DNA of 23,647 nucleotides from a virus (Duplodnaviria; Heunggongvirae; Uroviricota; Caudoviricetes): IMG/VR virus record IMGVR_UViG_2609460344_000008; one strand, 5' to 3'. Shown piece by piece: positions 17,192 to 23,647 of this stretch (position 1 is its first letter; each line of letters starts with the position of its first letter). The notes under the pieces were generated by a model. It saw only the letters and a program-made list of their open reading frames with translations, ran no database searches and was not told where the DNA came from. The position numbers and the translations under genes were made by a program.

Positions 17192-17332
17192 ATGAAAGTT
17201 AGAGACATCGCTCCATTAGGGATTCGTATCCCGCCAGAGATTAAAGAAAAATTGAAGGAAAAGGCTAAGGAGGAGGGCAGGTCTTTAAATTCAGAAATAG
17301 TGCAGCGTCTTATTCGCAGCCTAAAAAGTTGA
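17192..17332 (+). CDS. Arc-like ribbon-helix-helix repressor (46 aa); start at internal ATG with GAGGTGGA RBS
   Basis: [46 protein letters not shown] has the Arc-type RHH signature; track ORF from 17132 lacks an RBS. Confidence 0.72.
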   Translation: MKVRDIAPLGIRIPPEIKEKLKEKAKEEGRSLNSEIVQRLIRSLKS

Positions 17333-17361
17333 AGCCCCAACTGCTGGAACAGTCGGGGCTT
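17326..17361 (-). terminator. Minus-strand intrinsic terminator-like hairpin (AAGCCCC.ACTG-CTGGAA-CAGT.GGGGCTT) followed on the minus strand by CAACTTTTT; candidate 3' end of a sar-like antisense RNA
   Basis: Seen in sequence between the arc-like and ant-like genes; a T-run follows only on the minus strand. Confidence 0.4.
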
Positions 17362-17393
17362 CGGTATCAACAAATCAGATAGGAATTATTGAT

Positions 17394-18323
17394 ATGGCAA
17401 GTTTAGCAAAGTCAACATTAAATTGCACTAACAGCATCACCATTTCAGACGTCAAGATTCATATGGATTCAGAGGGGCGTTACTCGCTTAATGACCTGCA
17501 CAAGGCATCAGGTAAAGAGCGTCGTCATGAGCCTGCTGCGTGGCTGCGACTCGAACAAACCAATGAGTTAGTTCAAGAAATTCTAAATACACAGATGTGT
17601 GTATTTAAAAATGGCGATAACTTTAATTCTTCAGAATCGCAGATTAAGAAGCCAATGGACTCTAAGAAGGGTCGCTACGGAGGCACCTACGTGTGCAAGG
17701 AGCTTGTTTACTCCTACGCCATGTGGATTAGCGCAGCCTTTGCGCTGAAGGTTATCCGTGCATATGACGCAATGGTTACTACCACACAAGAGAGGAAGGC
17801 TATTGGCGGTAAAACTTCAGTAGCTGAACGCACACCTCTACGCGATGCAGTAAACATGCTGGTAGGAAAGAAAGGACTTCGCTATGACGATGCATACAAT
17901 ATGGTTCATCAGCGTTTTGGTATTGACAGCATTGATGAACTTTCAATTGAACAAATCCCGCTGGCCGTAGAGTACATCCACAGGGTAGTGCTTGAAGGTG
18001 AGTTCATTGGCAAACAAGAGAAGAAAACCAACGAGCTTTCTGCAAAAGAAGCAAACAGCCTTGTATGGCTATGGGATTATGCCAACCGCTCACAGGCATT
18101 ATTCCGCGAACTGTATCCGGCGCTAAAGCAAATTCAATCGAACTATTCTGACAGGTGCTACAACTACGGCCATGAGTTCTCGTATGTTATTGGAATGGCG
18201 AGAGACGTTTTAATCAATCACACACGAGATGTTGATATTAATGAGCCAGATGGACCAACGAATCTTTCCGCATGGGTAAGGCTTAAGAGCAAAGAGTTGC
18301 CGCCTTCACTGCATCACTACTAA
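17394..18323 (+). CDS. KilA-N domain protein, putative antirepressor (Ant-like)
   Basis: N-terminus ...[47 protein letters not shown]...[35 protein letters not shown] resembles KilA-N; follows the arc-like gene as ant follows arc in P22 immI. Confidence 0.7.
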   Translation: MASLAKSTLNCTNSITISDVKIHMDSEGRYSLNDLHKASGKERRHEPAAWLRLEQTNELVQEILNTQMCVFKNGDNFNSSESQIKKPMDSKKGRYGGTYVCKELVYSYAMWISAAFALKVIRAYDAMVTTTQERKAIGGKTSVAERTPLRDAVNMLVGKKGLRYDDAYNMVHQRFGIDSIDELSIEQIPLAVEYIHRVVLEGEFIGKQEKKTNELSAKEANSLVWLWDYANRSQALFRELYPALKQIQSNYSDRCYNYGHEFSYVIGMARDVLINHTRDVDINEPDGPTNLSAWVRLKSKELPPSLHHY

Positions 18324-18342
18324 CAGATTACCAACGAAATGA

Positions 18343-18366
18343 CCCAGCCTCGGCTGGGTTTTTTAT
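18343..18366 (+). terminator. Intrinsic terminator (CCCAGC-CTCG-GCTGGG) plus T6 run closing the immI-like cassette
   Basis: Seen in sequence. Confidence 0.6.
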
Positions 18367-18377
18367 CAGGAGTTCTC

Positions 18378-19115
18378 ATGCTCTATAGCAATATATTGGC
18401 ACATGCCCGGCGGTGTGCGCCTGCGGAGTCGTGCGGCTTCGTGGTGAGAACGCCGGAGGGGGAGCGGTATATCCCTTGTGTGAATATTTCCGCAGAGCCG
18501 GAGGCGTATTTTCGTATTGCGCCGGAAGACTGGCTGCGGGCAGAGATGCAGGGGGAGATTGTGGCGCTGGTCCACAGTCATCCCGGTGGTCTGCCCTGGC
18601 TGAGCGAGGCGGACCGGCGGCTGCAGATAAAGAGTGCCCTGCCCTGGTGGCTGGTCTGCCGGGGTGAAATTCACCGGTTCCGCTGTGTGCCGCACCTGAC
18701 CGGACGGCGCTTTGCGCACGGGGTGACGGACTGTTACACGCTGTTCCGGGATGCTTATCATCTGGCGGGGACTGAAATGCCGGATTTTCATCGCGAGGAT
18801 GACTGGTGGCGCAACGGCCAGAACCTGTACCTGGACAATATGGAGGAAACGGGCTTTTACCGGGTGCCCCTGTCCTCTGCACAGGCGGGCGATATTCTGC
18901 TGTGCTGCTTTGGTGCTTCGGTACCGAACCATGCCGTCATTTACTGCGGCAACGGTGAGCTGCTTCACCATCTGCCTGAACAACTGAGTAAACGGGAGAG
19001 GTATTCCGAAAAATGGCAACGACGAACGCATTCTGTCTGGCGTCACCGCCACTGGCACGCATCTGCCTTCACGGGGATTTACAACGATTTGGCCGCCGCC
19101 TCAGCCTGTATGTGA
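18378..19115 (+). CDS. Tail assembly protein K (lambda gpK-like; JAMM/MPN plus NlpC/P60 domains); start at ATG 18378 with CAGGAG RBS
   Basis: JAMM motif HSHPGGLPWLSEAD (HxH-x7-S-xx-D) and later Cys/His NlpC-like region; the track start at 18339 lies inside the terminator. Confidence 0.82.
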   Translation: MLYSNILAHARRCAPAESCGFVVRTPEGERYIPCVNISAEPEAYFRIAPEDWLRAEMQGEIVALVHSHPGGLPWLSEADRRLQIKSALPWWLVCRGEIHRFRCVPHLTGRRFAHGVTDCYTLFRDAYHLAGTEMPDFHREDDWWRNGQNLYLDNMEETGFYRVPLSSAQAGDILLCCFGASVPNHAVIYCGNGELLHHLPEQLSKRERYSEKWQRRTHSVWRHRHWHASAFTGIYNDLAAASACM

Positions 19116-19693
19116 ACACGGCAGCGGAAGCCATCCGGGCGCTGTCGTTACAGGTGCCGGGCTTTCGCCGTCAGATGAACGAAGGCTGGTACCAGATACG
19201 TATTGCCGGTTATGACACGGCACCGGAGGCGGTGTACGCCCGTCTTCACGAACAGCTGGGTGAGGGAACGGTCATCCATATTGTGCCGCGACTGGCCGGG
19301 GCCGGAAAGGGTGGACTGCAGATTGTGCTGGGGGCGGCAGCCATCGTGGGCTCTTTCTTCACTGCCGGGGCATCAATGGCGTTATGGGGTTCAGCCCTGG
19401 CAGCCGGTGGTTTTTCTGCCACCACGATGCTGTTTTCACTGGGTGCCAGTATGATTCTGGGCGGTGTGGCCCAGATGCTGGCCCCGAAGGCAAAAACACC
19501 GGATTACCGCGCAACGGATAACGGTAAACAGAACACGTACTTTTCCTCACTGGACAACATGATTGCCCAGGGCAACCCGATGCCGGTGCCCTACGGTGAA
19601 ATGCTGGTTGGTTCACGACGTATCTCTCAGGACATCAGCACCCGTGATGAAGGCGGGGGCGGAAAGGTGGTGGTTATTGGTCGACAGGGATAA
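19013..19693 (+). CDS. Tail assembly protein I (lambda gpI-like)
   Basis: ...ARICLHGDLQRFGRR...WYQIRIAGYD...VIHIVPRLAGAGKGG.QIVLGAAAIVGSFFTAGA...DNGKQNTYFSSLDNMIAQGN... recalled as near-colinear with lambda gpI; overlaps K out of frame. Confidence 0.85.
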   Translation: MATTNAFCLASPPLARICLHGDLQRFGRRLSLYVNTAAEAIRALSLQVPGFRRQMNEGWYQIRIAGYDTAPEAVYARLHEQLGEGTVIHIVPRLAGAGKGGLQIVLGAAAIVGSFFTAGASMALWGSALAAGGFSATTMLFSLGASMILGGVAQMLAPKAKTPDYRATDNGKQNTYFSSLDNMIAQGNPMPVPYGEMLVGSRRISQDISTRDEGGGGKVVVIGRQG

Positions 19694-19706
19694 AACATAA
19701 AAAAAT

Positions 19707-19731
19707 CCCGCAGTGATCGCGGAGCTGCGGG
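19707..19731 (-). terminator. Hairpin (CCCGCAG...CTGCGGG) preceded on the plus strand by an A-run (T-run on the minus strand); possible minus-strand terminator
   Basis: Seen in sequence in the I-J intergenic insert. Confidence 0.3.
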
Positions 19732-19868
19732 GACAGACAAATGAAGATTAATGTTAAGGAGTTGTTTTGGTTACTCGGGCAAAAAAACACTAACGCAGCG
19801 AAATTATAAGCGCCACAGTCAGTGTGTGAAAATGTGAAGATATTCAGAAATTTTATTCCGTCATGACG

Positions 19869-19900
19869 CAGGCACCCGGTGAGGTGCCTGTTGTTTTTGT
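19869..19900 (+). terminator. Terminator-like hairpin (CAGGCACC-CGGTGA-GGTGCCTG) followed by TTGTTTTTGTG, just upstream of the J RBS
   Basis: Seen in sequence. Confidence 0.5.
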
Positions 19901-19933
19901 GAGTGAACAATTATCACGGTAAGAGGTGATGTA

Positions 19934-22900
19934 ATGGGCAAAGGCGGCGGCAGGGCGCACACACCGCGCGAGGCGAAGGATAATCTCAAATCCACGCAGA
20001 TGATGAGCGTGATTGATGCGGTTGGTGAGGGACCGATAGAAGGCCCGGTGAAAGGCCTGCAGAGTATTCTGGTGAACAAAACCCCGCTGACGGACACGGA
20101 CGGTAATCCTGTGATACACGGTGTGACCGCGGTCTGGCGCGCCGGGGAGCAGGAGCAGACACCACCGGAAGGCTTTGAGTCCTCCGGAGCTGAAACTGTA
20201 CTGGGTGTGGAAGTGACGAAGGCAAAACCGGTGACACGCACCATTACGTCAGCGAACATTGACCGCCTGCGGGTGACCTTCGGGGTGCAGTCACTGGTGG
20301 AGACCACGTCAAAGGGTGACCGTAATCCGACGTCTGTCCGCCTGCTGATTCAGCTTGAGCGTGGTGGTAAATGGATGACGGAAAAGGATGTCACCATTAA
20401 CGGCAAGACCACCTCGCAGTTCCTGGCGTCGGTGATTCTGGATAATCTGCCGCCCCGGCCCTTTAACATCCGGATGGTCAGGGAGACGGCGGACAGCACC
20501 ACGGACCAGCTGCAGAATAAGACGCTCTGGTCGTCATACACCGAAATCATCGATGTGAAACAGTGCTACCCGAACACGGCCATTGTGGGGCTGCAGGTGG
20601 ATGCGGAGCAGTTTGGTGGTCAGCAGATGACGGTGAACTACCATATCCGCGGTCGCATCATCCAGGTGCCGTCAAACTATGACCCGGAAAAACGCACGTA
20701 CAGTGGTATCTGGGACGGCAGTCTGAAACCGGCATACAGCAACAATCCGGCCTGGTGTCTGTGGGACATGCTGACTCACCCGCGCTACGGCATGGGAAAA
20801 CGTCTGGGGGCGGCGGATGTGGACAAGTGGGCGCTGTATGCCATCGGGCAGTACTGCGACCAGATGGTGCCGGATGGCTTCGGGGGCACCGAGCCGCGGA
20901 TGACCTTCAATGCGTACCTGGCACAACAGCGTAAGGCGTGGGATGTTCTCAGTGATTTCTGCTCGGCGATGCGCTGTATGCCGGTATGGAACGGCCAGAT
21001 GCTGACGTTTGTTCAGGACCGCCTGTCGGATGTGGTGTGGCCGTACACCAACTGCGATGTGGTGGTGGATGATAACGGCGTGGGGTTTCGCTACAGCTTC
21101 AGTGCCCTGAAGGACCGGCACACGGCGGTGGAGGTGAATTACACCGACCCGCAGAACGGCTGGCAGACCTCCACGGAACTGGTGGAAGACCCGGAAGCCA
21201 TACTGCGCTACGGGCGCAACCTGCTGAAGATGGATGCGTTCGGCTGCACCAGTCGCGGTCAGGCCCACCGTGCCGGGCTGTGGGTGATAAAGACCGGACT
21301 GCTGGAAACGCAGACGGTGGATTTCACGCTCGGGTCACAGGGGCTGCGTCACACACCCGGTGACATTATTGAAATCTGTGATAACGACTATGCCGGGACC
21401 ATGACCGGCGGACGTGTCCTGTCCATCGATGCCGCCAGCCGCACCCTGACACTGGACCGTGAGGTGACCCTGCCGGAGACCGGTGCCGCCACGGTGAACC
21501 TGATTAACGGCAGCGGTAAGCCGGTGAGTGTGGACATCACTGCACACCCCGCGCCGGACCGGATACAGGTCAGCACCCTGCCTGATGGTGTGGAGACATA
21601 CGGGGTGTGGGGACTCTCCCTGCCGTCACTGCGCCGTCGCCTGTTCCGCTGTGTCTCCGTCCGGGAAAACACGGACGGCACCTTTGCCATCACGGCGGTG
21701 CAGCACGTACCGGAAAAAGAAGCCATCGTGGATAACGGTGCCCGCTTTGAGCCGCAGTCAGGCTCCCTGAACAGCGTCATCCCACCGGCAGTGCAGCACC
21801 TGACGGTGGAGGTGAGCGCAGCTGACGGCCAGTATCTGGCACAGGCGAAATGGGACACGCCGCGGGTGGTGAAGGGGGTGCGCTTCAGTCTGCGACTGAC
21901 CAGCGGAAGCGGAGAAGACAGCCGTCTGGTGACCACCGCTATCACTGCGGATACAGAGCATCGTTTCAGTGGTCTGCCGCTCGGGGAATACACCCTGACA
22001 GTCAGGGCAATTAACAGTTATGGCCAGCAGGGCGAACCGGCCACCACCACCTTCCGGATTAACGCGCCAGCAAAACCCGCCACCATTGAACTGACGCCGG
22101 GGTATTTTCAGATAACAGCGGTACCGGTGCTGGCGGTGTATGACCCGACGGTACAGTTTGAATTCTGGTTCTCAGAAAAACGCATCACGAACACGGCACA
22201 GGTGGAAAAATCTGCCCGTTATCTGGGGACTGGCAGTCAGTGGACTGTCTCCGGCCCGCACATTAAGCCTGGGAAGGATTTCTGGTTTTATGTACGCAGC
22301 GTTAACCTGGTGGGGAAATCTGCTTTTGTTGAAGCCAGTGGACGGGCCAGCAATGATGCAGAAGGGTATCTGGGGCTGTTTCGGGAAAAAATAGGAAAAC
22401 TGCATCTGGCTCAGGGGCTGTGGGAGCTGATAGACAACAGCCAGCTTGCGGATGAGATGGCGGAGATGAAGACCACCATCACCGAAACCCGCAATGAAAT
22501 CACACAGACGGTCAGTAAAACGCTGGAGGACCAGAGCGCCACCATACAGCAGATACAGCGCGTGCAGAAGGACACAAATGATGATCTTGCTGCACTTTAC
22601 ATGCTGAAGGTACAGAAAACAAAAAATGGCATACCCTATGTTGCCGGTATTGGAGCGGGGATTGAGGATACTGATGGCCAGCCCCTGAGCAACATACTGC
22701 TGCTGGCTGACCGTATTGCGATGATTAACCCGGAGGACGGCAACACCACGCCGTTATTTGTGGCGCAGGGGAATCAGTTGTTCATGAACGATGTGTTCCT
22801 GAAGCGGCTGTTTGCGGTGAGTATCACCTCGTCCGGCAATCCCCCGACGTTTTCCCTGACGCCGGAGGGCAGGCTGACCGCAAGAAATGCTGATATCAGC

Positions 22901-23407
22901 GGTAACGTGAATGCGAATTCCGGGACGCTCAACAACGTCACGATTAACGAGAACTGTCGGGTTCTGGGAAAACTGTCCGCGAACCAGATTGAAGGCGATC
23001 TCGTTAAAACAGTGGGCAAAGCTTTCCCCCGTGATTCCCGTGCACCGGAGCGGTGGCCATCAGGGACCATTACCGTCAGGGTTTATGACGATCAGCCGTT
23101 TGACCGGCAGATTGTTATTCCGGCGGTGGCATTCAGTGGCGCTAAGCATAAGAGAGAGCATACTGATATTTACTCCTCATGCCGTCTGATAGTGCGGAAA
23201 AACGGTGCTGAAATTTATAACCGTACCGCGCTGGATAATACGCTGATTTACAGTGGCGTTATTGATATGCCTGCCGGTCACGGTCACATGACGCTGGAGT
23301 TTTCGGTATCAGCATGGCTGATGAATAACTGGTATCCCACAGCAAGTATCAGCGATTTGCTGGTTGTGGTGATGAAGAAAGCCACCGCAGGCATCAGTAT
23401 CAGCTGA
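19934..23407 (+). CDS. Tail tip / host specificity protein J (lambda gpJ-like central tail fibre)
   Basis: [39 protein letters not shown]...; 1157 aa; long blocks recalled as matching lambda gpJ including C-terminal ...[12 protein letters not shown]...[14 protein letters not shown]... Confidence 0.95.
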   Translation: MGKGGGRAHTPREAKDNLKSTQMMSVIDAVGEGPIEGPVKGLQSILVNKTPLTDTDGNPVIHGVTAVWRAGEQEQTPPEGFESSGAETVLGVEVTKAKPVTRTITSANIDRLRVTFGVQSLVETTSKGDRNPTSVRLLIQLERGGKWMTEKDVTINGKTTSQFLASVILDNLPPRPFNIRMVRETADSTTDQLQNKTLWSSYTEIIDVKQCYPNTAIVGLQVDAEQFGGQQMTVNYHIRGRIIQVPSNYDPEKRTYSGIWDGSLKPAYSNNPAWCLWDMLTHPRYGMGKRLGAADVDKWALYAIGQYCDQMVPDGFGGTEPRMTFNAYLAQQRKAWDVLSDFCSAMRCMPVWNGQMLTFVQDRLSDVVWPYTNCDVVVDDNGVGFRYSFSALKDRHTAVEVNYTDPQNGWQTSTELVEDPEAILRYGRNLLKMDAFGCTSRGQAHRAGLWVIKTGLLETQTVDFTLGSQGLRHTPGDIIEICDNDYAGTMTGGRVLSIDAASRTLTLDREVTLPETGAATVNLINGSGKPVSVDITAHPAPDRIQVSTLPDGVETYGVWGLSLPSLRRRLFRCVSVRENTDGTFAITAVQHVPEKEAIVDNGARFEPQSGSLNSVIPPAVQHLTVEVSAADGQYLAQAKWDTPRVVKGVRFSLRLTSGSGEDSRLVTTAITADTEHRFSGLPLGEYTLTVRAINSYGQQGEPATTTFRINAPAKPATIELTPGYFQITAVPVLAVYDPTVQFEFWFSEKRITNTAQVEKSARYLGTGSQWTVSGPHIKPGKDFWFYVRSVNLVGKSAFVEASGRASNDAEGYLGLFREKIGKLHLAQGLWELIDNSQLADEMAEMKTTITETRNEITQTVSKTLEDQSATIQQIQRVQKDTNDDLAALYMLKVQKTKNGIPYVAGIGAGIEDTDGQPLSNILLLADRIAMINPEDGNTTPLFVAQGNQLFMNDVFLKRLFAVSITSSGNPPTFSLTPEGRLTARNADISGNVNANSGTLNNVTINENCRVLGKLSANQIEGDLVKTVGKAFPRDSRAPERWPSGTITVRVYDDQPFDRQIVIPAVAFSGAKHKREHTDIYSSCRLIVRKNGAEIYNRTALDNTLIYSGVIDMPAGHGHMTLEFSVSAWLMNNWYPTASISDLLVVVMKKATAGISIS

Positions 23408-23426
23408 ATTTTATAACCCATATACG

Positions 23427-23450
23427 GGCGCCAGAAATGGCGCCTTTTTT
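23427..23450 (+). terminator. Intrinsic terminator (GGCGCC-AGAAAT-GGCGCC) plus T6 run after J
   Basis: Seen in sequence. Confidence 0.65.
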
Positions 23451-23474
23451 ATTGCAGAAAAGCGAGAGGTAATT

Positions 23475-23647
23475 ATGCGTAAAGTTTGTGCAGCCATTTT
23501 GTCCGCAGCCATCTGTCTGTCCGTATCCGGTGCGCCTGCATGGGCGTCTGAACATCAGTCCACACTGAGCGCGGGGTATCTTCATGCCCGTACGAACGCT
23601 CCCGGCAGCGATAATCTGAACGGGATTAACGTGAAATACCGTTATGA
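23475..23647 (+). CDS. Lom-like outer membrane protein (Ail/Lom family), 3'-truncated at window edge
   Basis: MRKVCAAILSAAICLSVSGAPAWA signal peptide then ...GINVKYRYE, matching the recalled lambda Lom N-terminus; RBS GAGAGG upstream; location after J as in lambda. Confidence 0.75.
   Translation, partial: MRKVCAAILSAAICLSVSGAPAWASEHQSTLSAGYLHARTNAPGSDNLNGINVKYRY

Noticed and set aside
19674-19910. 78-aa minus-strand ORF in the I-J intergenic insert
   Set aside because: It runs through both terminator-like hairpins, is Cys/Phe-rich with no RBS, and looks like an AT-rich chance ORF
1-23647. tRNA, rRNA or integrase/attachment-site signatures
   Set aside because: No cloverleaf-like sequence or integrase-like ORF was recognised by eye; the window appears internal to the prophage. 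tRNA screening by eye is unreliable and should be rerun with a dedicated tool

Overview
This window reads as the late (packaging, head, tail) region of a lambdoid siphovirus prophage of an enterobacterial host, almost entirely on the + strand. In order: the 3' end of an HNH endonuclease gene, a cos-like non-coding region with a G-run and GTTAAC palindrome repeats, terminase small and large subunits, a fused prohead-protease/scaffold/HK97-fold major capsid gene, a portal gene, a protein with tandem 54-aa repeats, HK97-type head-tail joining genes, then a lambda-like tail cluster (V, G/T with a -1 frameshift site, tape measure H, M, L, K, I, J) and the start of a lom-like gene. Three accessory insertions (morons) interrupt the tail cluster: (1) an AT-rich OmpC/NmpC/Lc-family porin gene between M and L; (2) a P22 immI-like cassette between L and K with a Mnt-like and an Arc-like ribbon-helix-helix repressor, a KilA-N antirepressor-like gene, and an orphan ClpP-fold peptidase gene translationally coupled to the Mnt-like gene; (3) a short AT-rich insert with two terminator-like hairpins between I and J. 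The Mnt-like/ClpP-like operon is the best candidate for an undescribed accessory or defence function. All family assignments come from reading the translations by eye; no database search was run. Hairpin and motif coordinates found by eye may be off by a few nucleotides; at the protease-capsid start my own count placed the GTG one base upstream of the ORF-track coordinate, which I kept.
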